From: Bacteroidia bacterium
GTDB lineage: Bacteria; Bacteroidota; Bacteroidia; NS11-12g; UBA9320
Length of the DNA stretch: 64,000 nt
Assembly (NCBI GenBank): GCA_965216465.1
Contig: CBDCFW010000005.1
Span: 448,001-512,000 of the forward strand
Direction: 5' to 3'
Under the pieces are notes generated by a model. The model did not search any database. It saw only the letters and a program-made list of their open reading frames with translations, and had not been told where the DNA came from. Made by a program: the position numbers and the translations under genes. Positions 30,263 to 39,001 of this stretch are shown piece by piece; the first letter of the stretch is position 1; each line of letters begins with the position of its first letter.

Positions 30263-31390
30263 TTATTCTGTAGAAATGGTTTTTGCTTTGTGTTGTTTAG
30301 TGAAGAAATAAATTCCCAATCCTCCTAAAATGATAAATACGACTGAAATAATCTCTGCCTGAGTTATTTCCATACCAAACAAGTTATATTTACTATTGAC
30401 TCTGATTTTTTCAATTAAAAATCGTTCTACTCCAGAAAAAATTAAGTAAAAAGAAAACAACACTCCCGGAGCAGCAATTCGCTTTCGTATGCTCCAAAGT
30501 ATTCCAAAAAGGATAAATGCCATTACCACTTCGTACAATGGAGTAGGCCAAACCGGATCTTCAAGCACTTTGCCAAGTACATTATTTGGATAATCGTATG
30601 CCCACGCCCAATCGGGTAACCAACTTAACCACTCAGGTTTATCTGATAAATTTTTAACTCCCCAATCTCCATCTCCGCTGGTATGACAACCGAGACGACC
30701 TATACCATAAGATAGCATCATCGCTGGCCCACCGATGTCTAACATGGTCTTCCACTTAATGCCATTTTTGCCAGCATACCATAACACCGCTATCGCACCA
30801 AAAACCAATCCTCCGAAATAGGTTAATCCACTAAACGGATCTTTTAGAGCTCCGATAGGGTCGGAAATAAAATCTTCCCAATATTCAAGGTGATGAAATA
30901 ACTTGGCTCCTACAAAACCAGCAACTGCAGCAATCAAGGTTATGTTGCCCATTATTTGATAAGGATGAACTTCCGTCATTTTTCCTTCTTCAATTTCTGG
31001 AGTATTCTTAAGTTGATAATATTTGTATCCTACAGAAGCTAAAATTCCAGCCACTCCGAACAACATTGATCCTTTTGTGCTCAGGAGAAATCCTTGTGGA
31101 TCGTCAGCAATCTCAGCAAAGTTGAAGACCATGTAAACGATCTTGAACCCAATTAAGAACCCTACAATTGTACTGATTGCATATTCTGTATAAGGGTTTG
31201 GAGCTTTGAGTGCTTGTTTAATTTTAGCTACCTGTCCCAATGCTTCTCTTCTTTTGAACTCAGAGGTTATTGCCCAAATAGCAGCTAAAAATCCGATAGC
31301 CACAAAGAAGCCGAACATCATAACTATTTTAAAGGCCGGAATGTCAAGCCCAAAAATGTCTTTAATGGCATGGTATAAAGTTGGATACAT
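30263..31390 (-). CDS. Prolipoprotein diacylglyceryl transferase family protein (divergent)
   Basis: MYPTL start, GAKLFH, GIGRLGC, PTPLYE, ERFLIEKIR; many TM helices. Confidence 0.8.
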   Translation of the reverse strand: MYPTLYHAIKDIFGLDIPAFKIVMMFGFFVAIGFLAAIWAITSEFKRREALGQVAKIKQALKAPNPYTEYAISTIVGFLIGFKIVYMVFNFAEIADDPQGFLLSTKGSMLFGVAGILASVGYKYYQLKNTPEIEEGKMTEVHPYQIMGNITLIAAVAGFVGAKLFHHLEYWEDFISDPIGALKDPFSGLTYFGGLVFGAIAVLWYAGKNGIKWKTMLDIGGPAMMLSYGIGRLGCHTSGDGDWGVKNLSDKPEWLSWLPDWAWAYDYPNNVLGKVLEDPVWPTPLYEVVMAFILFGILWSIRKRIAAPGVLFSFYLIFSGVERFLIEKIRVNSKYNLFGMEITQAEIISVVFIILGGLGIYFFTKQHKAKTISTE

Positions 31391-31485
31391 AACGTAAAGT
31401 TCCGCGAATAACGGCAATGAATATCAAATGATAAAGAATTGTGATTGGTAGATGTTAAAATTAGCCAATCCCTCGACAGAAAGAC

Positions 31486-32796
31486 TTATTGAATATGTGT
31501 TTTTAGAAAGCTTTTAGCAAGTCCTGTCTCCGTAAACTCGTCAAAAGAAAGTGCCTCAACGGTGTTCACCTTTGATGCATCGTATGGAGCCTCGAAGCGA
31601 ATGTAGTTAGCAGAAAATCCTTGCATCATTTCATCGTTTTGCTTCTCTTCCTCCCAAAGCACATTCATTGGCTTTCCGAGTTGTGACTCGTAAAAATGTC
31701 TTTTCTTCTTTGCCGAAAGGTTCCTTAAACGTTGTGCTCGATCAGTTTTTACAGCTTTTGTCACCTTGTTCGGCATCTTCTTAGCTGTGGTATTGTTTCG
31801 CTCAGAATATGGAAAAACATGCAAGTAGCTAACATCAAGGCTATGTATAAAATCAAAAGTCTTCATAAAGCTCTCTTCACTTTCCCCTGGGAAACCAACA
31901 ATAACATCAACCCCAATACAGCAATCTGGCATTCTCTTTTTGATGCGTTCAATTCGATCAACGTACAAATCTGACAAATACTTGCGTCGCATTTTTTTTA
32001 AAATCTCATCGTCGCCACTTTGTAATGGAATATGAAAATGTGGTACAAATTTGTCTGATGCCGCCACAAAGTCAATAATTTCATTCGACAGCAGGTTTGG
32101 CTCAATACTGCTTATGCGGTAGCGGTCAATGCCTTCAATTTTGTCTAGCTCAACAATGAGGTCGTAAAAAGTTTCTGCATAGTCGTTATCGGCTCCAAAA
32201 TCACCAATATTTACCCCAGTAAGCACAACTTCTTTAATATCAGTTGCTGCTACTTCTTTAGCTTTTGCCACAGTTTCTGCAATGGTCGCATTCCTACTTT
32301 TTCCTCGGGCTAGAGGAATTGTACAGAAGGTACAGAAGTAATCACAGCCATCCTGAACCTTTAAAAAACTTCGTGTTCGATCACCAAAAGAATATGCCGG
32401 CTCAAAGTGTTGAGTCTCCTTAATATTCTTGTTATGAACTATAGCTTTCTCCTCTTTTTGAAGTGAGTGCAGATGCTCTATCATGTTGAACTTTTCTGCG
32501 GCACCCAAAACCATGTCCACTCCAGGTATTTCTGAAATTTCTTTAGGTTTGAGTTGAGCGTAACAGCCAATTACCACAACGTAAGCTTGCGGGTTTTGCT
32601 TGAGAACAGATTTCACTGTAGTTCTACATTTCTTATCAGCATTGTCGGTTACAGAACATGTATTAATCACATAAATATCTGCTTCCTCTGAAAAATCGAC
32701 ACGAGAAAATCCATTATCCTCCAACTGACGAACAATGGTGCTGCTTTCAGAAAAATTGAGCTTGCACCCCAGTGTATGTATTGCTACTCTATTCAC
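31486..32796 (-). CDS. mtaB: tRNA t6A37 methylthiotransferase
   Basis: TLGCKLNFSE, NTCSVT, radical SAM CDYFCTFC; GTG start at 32796. Confidence 0.92.
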   Translation of the reverse strand: MNRVAIHTLGCKLNFSESSTIVRQLEDNGFSRVDFSEEADIYVINTCSVTDNADKKCRTTVKSVLKQNPQAYVVVIGCYAQLKPKEISEIPGVDMVLGAAEKFNMIEHLHSLQKEEKAIVHNKNIKETQHFEPAYSFGDRTRSFLKVQDGCDYFCTFCTIPLARGKSRNATIAETVAKAKEVAATDIKEVVLTGVNIGDFGADNDYAETFYDLIVELDKIEGIDRYRISSIEPNLLSNEIIDFVAASDKFVPHFHIPLQSGDDEILKKMRRKYLSDLYVDRIERIKKRMPDCCIGVDVIVGFPGESEESFMKTFDFIHSLDVSYLHVFPYSERNNTTAKKMPNKVTKAVKTDRAQRLRNLSAKKKRHFYESQLGKPMNVLWEEEKQNDEMMQGFSANYIRFEAPYDASKVNTVEALSFDEFTETGLAKSFLKTHIQ

Positions 32797-32804
32797 GAAG
32801 GCTG

Positions 32805-32812
32805 CAAAGGTA
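32805..32812 (-). promoter_or_regulatory. -7 promoter element of mtaB
   Basis: Minus strand TACCTTTG followed by CA, 8 bp before the GTG. Confidence 0.6.
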
Positions 32813-32929
32813 AGAAGTTTTCGCTGCAACGAGCTCATCAATGCATGCTAATCAATGCTTAATCTCATCTTCATTTTTGAGTTATCTCATTTTTCTTGCT
32901 TAACTTGTGCCTATCCTTGCAGTAGATTT

Positions 32930-34168
32930 ATGAGTGCACCAGAGACTTTTAAAATTTGGAAGAAACTATCTCACGAGGAGATAAAAAATCGTGTATTTAC
33001 TGCCTTAAAAAGCAATGTAGACTACAATCAGCAAAATATCCTTGGTATTCCTGCATCCTATTTAGATGACAAAGTGTTTAACCAAGAAGATGCATTTTTA
33101 ACCAATGCTCCATTTATATCAACCTTAATTCAAAATCCAAACCACATAGGTTGCCACACGCTTGGAAGCTCTGAGTCTTTCTTCACTGGAACTCAACAAA
33201 TAGAGCAAGAGCTCATTGAAATATGTGCGGTAGATATTCTTCAAGCTAAGGAGGGAGAAACCGATGGTTATGTGGCCTCAGGAGGTACAGAAGCAAATAT
33301 TCAAGCAATCTGGACCTACCGAAACATGTTTGAATCGGAATATGGTGCTAAACGTGACGAGATAGCAATACTATGCAGTGTTGATAGTCACTATTCAATG
33401 GATAAAGCTGCCAATTTGCTGGGCATAGATATTTATAAAGTAAATGTAAACGATAATGACCGTGAAATTTCTGAAGCGTATGTTTCTGAAACAGTTGAGC
33501 AAGCTAAAGCCAATGGGAAAAAATTCTTTGCAGTGGTTTCAAACATGATGACAACCATGTACGGATCGGTAGACAACATAGACCACTACATTACAGCTTT
33601 AGACCAATCTAATTGTGAATATCGAATTCATATTGATGGAGCTTTTGGTGGATTTTATTTCCCCTTTACCAAAAACAAAGGAAAACTGACTTTTCAGAAC
33701 CCTAAAATTACATCATTCACGCTCGACGCCCATAAAATGGCTCAAGCACCTTATGGAACAGGTATTTTTCTAATCCGCAAGAATTACATCAATTTTGCCA
33801 ATACCAAGGCAGGCTATGTTGAAGGAGACGATTTTACTTTAATTGGCAGTCGATCTGGAGCAAATGCTATAGCTGTTTGGATGATCTTAGCTAAAAATGG
33901 TCCGTTTGGATGGCAAGAAAAAATCTTTATTCTGCAACGACGAACCGAATGGATGTGTGAAGAATTGAAGAAGCTAAACATTGAATACTATAGCCATCGT
34001 TGGTCAAATATAATTACCATAAGAAGCAAACACATTCGACTAGATGTGGCTAAAGAATTTGGACTGGTACCCGATAATCATGCCAATCCAAGTTGGTTTA
34101 AGATTGTGTTAATGGATCACGTAACTATAGAAAAGCTGCTACCTTTAATTGAAAAATTAAAAGCTTAA
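32930..34168 (+). CDS. Group II PLP-dependent amino-acid decarboxylase (MfnA-like)
   Basis: SGGTEANIQA, HYSMDKAA, IHIDGAFGG, PLP lysine in TLDAHKM; start at ATG 32930. Confidence 0.85.
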   Translation: MSAPETFKIWKKLSHEEIKNRVFTALKSNVDYNQQNILGIPASYLDDKVFNQEDAFLTNAPFISTLIQNPNHIGCHTLGSSESFFTGTQQIEQELIEICAVDILQAKEGETDGYVASGGTEANIQAIWTYRNMFESEYGAKRDEIAILCSVDSHYSMDKAANLLGIDIYKVNVNDNDREISEAYVSETVEQAKANGKKFFAVVSNMMTTMYGSVDNIDHYITALDQSNCEYRIHIDGAFGGFYFPFTKNKGKLTFQNPKITSFTLDAHKMAQAPYGTGIFLIRKNYINFANTKAGYVEGDDFTLIGSRSGANAIAVWMILAKNGPFGWQEKIFILQRRTEWMCEELKKLNIEYYSHRWSNIITIRSKHIRLDVAKEFGLVPDNHANPSWFKIVLMDHVTIEKLLPLIEKLKA

Positions 34169-35199
34169 CCTTTTTTCAAGGTAAAGCCAAAGGTAGAACC
34201 TTCACCCAACTCACTACGCACATTTACGGTTTGATCGTGTGCTTCTATTATGTGCTTAACAATCGATAAGCCTAGGCCACTTCCACCTTTATCTCTACTT
34301 CTTCCTGCATCTGTGCGATAAAAACGTTCAAATAATCTTGGCAGGTGTTCTTTTTCAATTCCAGAGCCGTTATCTGAAACTTCAATCAAAACATTCTGGT
34401 CAATGTCATAGAAGCCAACGGTTACTTTTCCTCCTTCATTTCCATATTTAATGGCGTTCACAATTAGGTTTACGAACACCTGTCGTATTCTATTTCGATC
34501 CGCGTAAACATCAAAAGTTTTGGAAGAAGTTTTTTTATAGCCGAACGAAATGTCTTTTTCTTTTGCTATTTGGCCAACCATTTCAACAACTTCTCTTGCA
34601 AGTTCGGCAATATCAAAAACTTCTAATTCTAAGTTTATACCTTTGTTTTCGAACTCGCTAATGGACGTTAAATCATCTACCAGTTCTACAAGTCGGTCTA
34701 CTCCTTTTCCTGCTTTCTCTAAAAAGAGTCGATTCACTTTTTTATCTTCCAGTGCTCCGTCTAAAAGCGTATGGATGTATCCTTGAATACTTTGAATAGG
34801 TGTTTTGAGTTCATGCCCAACATTCCCAATAAACTCACGTCTAAACTCCGCCTGTTCTTTAAGTTGAGAAATCTCTAACTGATTGTCTCTCATCCAGTTA
34901 ACTACTTCTTTACTGACTTCCTCAATGGGATCAACATCACGGTCTTTCAGCACTCCTTTTCGTTTTACCGTTTGTGTTTTAAAACGATAAATATTCTTAT
35001 AAATCAGCTTGATTTTTTTATAAATAAATTGCTGAAGAAGGTAACTGAATAAGAAAAAACTCAACAGAGCTACGCCCAGGAAGTTCAATAGTGCACTCGC
35101 GATGTCTATGGTAAAAATATAAACAACGAGACTAGAAATCGCAGCAACTGAAAGCGATGCTATTATAGCAATGCTTGCAGGGCTCTGGTTCTTTTTCAC
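34165..35199 (-). CDS. Sensor histidine kinase (PhoR-like)
   Basis: H-box GHELKTP, NLIVNAIKY, FERFYR, GGSGLGLSIVKH; two N-terminal TMs. Confidence 0.92.
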   Translation of the reverse strand: MKKNQSPASIAIIASLSVAAISSLVVYIFTIDIASALLNFLGVALLSFFLFSYLLQQFIYKKIKLIYKNIYRFKTQTVKRKGVLKDRDVDPIEEVSKEVVNWMRDNQLEISQLKEQAEFRREFIGNVGHELKTPIQSIQGYIHTLLDGALEDKKVNRLFLEKAGKGVDRLVELVDDLTSISEFENKGINLELEVFDIAELAREVVEMVGQIAKEKDISFGYKKTSSKTFDVYADRNRIRQVFVNLIVNAIKYGNEGGKVTVGFYDIDQNVLIEVSDNGSGIEKEHLPRLFERFYRTDAGRSRDKGGSGLGLSIVKHIIEAHDQTVNVRSELGEGSTFGFTLKKG

Positions 35200-35867
35200 G
35201 CTTCAAATTTATATCCTACGCCTTTAATAGTTTTAATTTTTCCTTCACCTATTTTTTCGCGAATCTTTCTGATGTGCACATCGATGGTGCGATCAACAAC
35301 GTAAACGTCGGTACCCCAAACCTTATTCAAGATAGACTCTCGAGTGAAAACCTTTCCTGGTTTAGATGCTAGAAGAAACAACAATTCAAATTCTTTTTTA
35401 GGAAGGATAAGTTCATGCCCACGAACCGAAACCATAAAGGTATTTCGGTTAATGGCAATATCTCCAAGAACTATTTCTTCATCAACTGCTTCTTCTTTTG
35501 ATCTTTTGAGAATGGCTTTGATTCTGCTTAGTAGAACTCGAGGTTTGATTGGTTTAGTAATATAATCGTCGGCACCAACGTCAAAACCAGCAATTTCTGA
35601 ATATTCTTCTGATCGAGCAGTTAAGAAAGATACAAATACATCTTCTAGTCCTTCCGTCTCTCGAATTCGTCGGCAAGCTTCTATGCCATCCATTTTAGGC
35701 ATCATTATGTCTAGCAAGATGAGGTCAGGTTTCTTATTTTTTGCCTTTTCAACGGCTTCTTCTCCGTCATAAGCTACATAGCATTTATAACCTTCTTTCT
35801 CAAGATTATACTTAACGAGATCAACAATATCTTTCTCGTCGTCAGCTATTAATATCTTCTTTGCCAT
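35196..35867 (-). CDS. OmpR/PhoB-family response regulator
   Basis: ILIADDE, LLDIMMP, ADDYITKP, RTIDVHIRKIREK. Confidence 0.93.
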   Translation of the reverse strand: MAKKILIADDEKDIVDLVKYNLEKEGYKCYVAYDGEEAVEKAKNKKPDLILLDIMMPKMDGIEACRRIRETEGLEDVFVSFLTARSEEYSEIAGFDVGADDYITKPIKPRVLLSRIKAILKRSKEEAVDEEIVLGDIAINRNTFMVSVRGHELILPKKEFELLFLLASKPGKVFTRESILNKVWGTDVYVVDRTIDVHIRKIREKIGEGKIKTIKGVGYKFEA

Positions 35868-35956
35868 TTCTGATACAAATTAATTAAGTCTTCAACAACT
35901 TACCCTTGCCTCAAAGTTAACAGAATATTAAGTTTATGAATTTAACTTCAGTAATA

Positions 35957-36379
35957 TTAGAATTTCTTAACCCTTTGAATGGTTGTATAATTCTTCAGGT
36001 CATTCAGATTTGACGTCGCTTCCTCCACATACGACGAATCCGTTTCTTGAGTGATATAACACGTTTTTACCAAGCTGTCAATATCTTGAGGTAGTGCAAT
36101 GGACTCGGGATTATTAAGCACCTGTTTGAATGTTAGATTATAGCTTGTGTCGGTTAGCCACTCGATAGCAAAATCGACGATTAGATCATACTGCGTTATA
36201 GTCTCAATTTGATTTGAATCAGTCCTACTGATTAAGAAAGTGCCAAACGGATCTTGTTGATAATAAAAGGATCCTTCCTTCCATTGATTAAAAGGTTCTT
36301 CAGCAACTTCTTTAACTTCATTACGTGAGCATCCAAATGCCAAAAGAATGAGGGTAAAGACTAAGAGGATTTTGTGCAT
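35957..36379 (-). CDS. Hypothetical lipoprotein
   Basis: Lipobox AFGC. Confidence 0.7.
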   Translation of the reverse strand: MHKILLVFTLILLAFGCSRNEVKEVAEEPFNQWKEGSFYYQQDPFGTFLISRTDSNQIETITQYDLIVDFAIEWLTDTSYNLTFKQVLNNPESIALPQDIDSLVKTCYITQETDSSYVEEATSNLNDLKNYTTIQRVKKF

Positions 36380-36386
36380 TTACAAC

Positions 36387-37514
36387 TTAATTGAGAATAG
36401 ACTCAAGCAAAGGTTCAAGATCTCCGCTTCTCAACCCTGATTTAATAATTCGACCGTCTTGGTCGATTAAAAATGTTTGCGGAATTGAGCGAACGCCATA
36501 CAGTTTTGCTGCAGACGATCTCCAACCTTTGAGGTCACTTACATGGTTCCAAGTAAGACCATCTTTGGCAATAGCCGCTTGCCATTGGCGCATATTATTA
36601 TCTAACGATACACCGTAAATTTCAAATCCTTTGTCTTTGTACTTCTCGTAGATGGCTTTTACATGTGGATTTTCCTTTCTACATGGACCGCACCAGCTTG
36701 CCCAAAAGTCAATCAAAACTACTTTTCCACGAAGTGATGAAAGTGCAAGACTATCTCCTTCAGGAGTAACTAGATTTAATTCTGGGGCTTCACGTCCTTC
36801 AATCGTTGGGCCTAGGATGTCTGCCTCTTTTTTTAGTTGTGTGGCATATACTGTTCCTGGGAACTCAGCTTCAAGTTTTTCGCTGCCTTTTAATATTAAT
36901 CGAGGCACAGGACGTTGAAAAAGATATTTAACCGCAAAATAGGTAACAGGACTACCAGGCTCTTTTTCTATAAAAGTCTCAATTTCTTTCTCTCTCCCTT
37001 GCACCAATTCATTGTATCGTTTCGTAATGTCATTACGCATTTGATCTGTAGCTTCTTCTGCACTTATTTTAGACACTTCTTCATTAAAATTCAACATTTT
37101 AAGGTCAAATGAAGTGTACAAATCGTGCAAACGAGCCATAGATTCATTGTGCTTTCCCCCACTTACGCTGAATTTTATCACTTTTCCTTTATCGATGTCA
37201 AATTCAAGTTTGGCTCCAGATTCAATTACCAAAGGAATACCAGGAGGTACTTCTTTGTTAAATGTGATATAGTGTAGTAAGCTTTCTTCTGTAGCATCAC
37301 CTTCAAACTGAAACTGCCCTTTGGCACTCACTCTTGTGGTATCGAGCATTACCAGTTTGGTGTCTGTAACCTTCGAAAGATAAACCAAGGTATTCGGTTC
37401 AATATTCGACTCTGCCTTAATGGTGAATCCTTTAATTGTCGAATTCGCAACAGAGTTATAAGCGAAAGCCAAAATGGCTAATCCAAGTAGAAGAAGTGAT
37501 TTTTTAAATTTCAT
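36387..37514 (-). CDS. TlpA-family thiol-disulfide oxidoreductase
   Basis: LIDFWASWCGPC; signal peptide from ATG 37514. Confidence 0.9.
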   Translation of the reverse strand: MKFKKSLLLLGLAILAFAYNSVANSTIKGFTIKAESNIEPNTLVYLSKVTDTKLVMLDTTRVSAKGQFQFEGDATEESLLHYITFNKEVPPGIPLVIESGAKLEFDIDKGKVIKFSVSGGKHNESMARLHDLYTSFDLKMLNFNEEVSKISAEEATDQMRNDITKRYNELVQGREKEIETFIEKEPGSPVTYFAVKYLFQRPVPRLILKGSEKLEAEFPGTVYATQLKKEADILGPTIEGREAPELNLVTPEGDSLALSSLRGKVVLIDFWASWCGPCRKENPHVKAIYEKYKDKGFEIYGVSLDNNMRQWQAAIAKDGLTWNHVSDLKGWRSSAAKLYGVRSIPQTFLIDQDGRIIKSGLRSGDLEPLLESILN

Positions 37515-37547
37515 TGTTATACAAATTGTATGCAATTGCTGTACCAA

Positions 37548-38999
37548 TTAATTATTTAACGCTTTAGCCAACAGTTGGTTCGTTTTTTTAGGGTCTGCCT
37601 TTCCTCCAGATTTCCTCATTATTTGGCCCATAAACATGCCTAACAAGCCAGTTTTACCATTTCTATATGCTTCAACTTTATCAGGATGCTCGCTTAAAAC
37701 CTCATCAATTAGCTTCTGCAAGGTATCATCATCTCCTGTTTGTGCCAAATTAAGTTCTGCAATCAATTCTTTAACACCTTTCTCAGGATTTTGAACGATG
37801 GCAGGAAACAATTTCTGTTCAGCACTACTAAAGCTTAAGATACCCTCATCTATAGACGAAATAACCTCAGAAATAGTTGCTGCATTTACAGGAAAATCTT
37901 CAATATGGCTTGCATTGCTATTTATCCAACCTTTAACAGCACCCATGGTCCAGTTTGCAGCTGCTTTATAATTCGTTGTATGCTCACATATTTCTAAGAA
38001 GAAATCAGCAATCTCTTTTGATTCCGTTAAAATGCCTGCATCGTATGTACTCAGTTTAAGTTCGTTGGTAAATCGAGCAAATAATTCTTTAGGAAGTGCC
38101 GGCATTTTATCACTTATTTCCTTTATCCATTCATCAGACACAATTAGCGGTGGAAGGTCTGGTTCAGGGAAAAAGCGATAATCATTTACCATTTCTTTGC
38201 TTCGCATGGTAAATGTCGTCCCTTTTAAAGCATCAAAACTTCGTGTTTCTGAAAATATTTCTTCACCCTTATCTGTCATTTCACATTGACGCTCAAACTC
38301 ATGTTCAATGGCACGCTTTACATTGCTCATTGAGTTCATGTTTTTCACTTCGACTTTAGTGCCGAAAGTTGAACTACCTAATGGACGAATTGAAATATTG
38401 GCGTCGCAGCGTAAGCTTCCTTCTTCCATATTTCCGTCGCACACTCCTAAATAGCGAACAAGCTTTCTAACTTCGGTTAAAAACGCATAGGCGTCATCGC
38501 CGCTTCTCAAATCCGGTTCTGTTACAATTTCTACCAATGGAGTTCCAGCTCGATTGTAGTCCATCAATGTGTTTTCAATGTCGAGATCATGTAAACTTTT
38601 TCCTGTATCCTCCTCCATATGAATTCGGGTTAAGCGGATAGTCTTAGAGCTGCCATCTGGAAGATCAATCTCAACAGAACCGTGCTCACATATGGGGGTA
38701 TCTAACTGAGTTATTTGATAGCCTTTTGGTAAGTCGGCGTAGAAATAGTTTTTTCTATCGTATTTGTTGTAACGGGTAATATCACTTTTACAGGCTAAAC
38801 CGAGCATGATGGCCATGTTAATTGCCTCTTTGTTATGTACCGGCAAGGTTCCAGGATGTCCTAAACTGACAGGACTAACCAAAGTATTAGGCAAGGCTCC
38901 ATAGCTCACTTCATCAGCACAAAAAGCTTTAGAATTTGTTTTAAGTTGAGCATGGATTTCTAGTCCAATTACTGCTTCATATTTATCGTTCTTTAACAT
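37548..38999 (-). CDS. gatB: Asp/Glu-tRNA amidotransferase subunit B
   Basis: IGLEIHAQL, RKNYFYADLPKGYQITQ, GSLRCDANIS, DYRFFPEPDL. Confidence 0.96.
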   Translation of the reverse strand: MLKNDKYEAVIGLEIHAQLKTNSKAFCADEVSYGALPNTLVSPVSLGHPGTLPVHNKEAINMAIMLGLACKSDITRYNKYDRKNYFYADLPKGYQITQLDTPICEHGSVEIDLPDGSSKTIRLTRIHMEEDTGKSLHDLDIENTLMDYNRAGTPLVEIVTEPDLRSGDDAYAFLTEVRKLVRYLGVCDGNMEEGSLRCDANISIRPLGSSTFGTKVEVKNMNSMSNVKRAIEHEFERQCEMTDKGEEIFSETRSFDALKGTTFTMRSKEMVNDYRFFPEPDLPPLIVSDEWIKEISDKMPALPKELFARFTNELKLSTYDAGILTESKEIADFFLEICEHTTNYKAAANWTMGAVKGWINSNASHIEDFPVNAATISEVISSIDEGILSFSSAEQKLFPAIVQNPEKGVKELIAELNLAQTGDDDTLQKLIDEVLSEHPDKVEAYRNGKTGLLGMFMGQIMRKSGGKADPKKTNQLLAKALNN

Positions 39000-39001
39000 G
39001 T

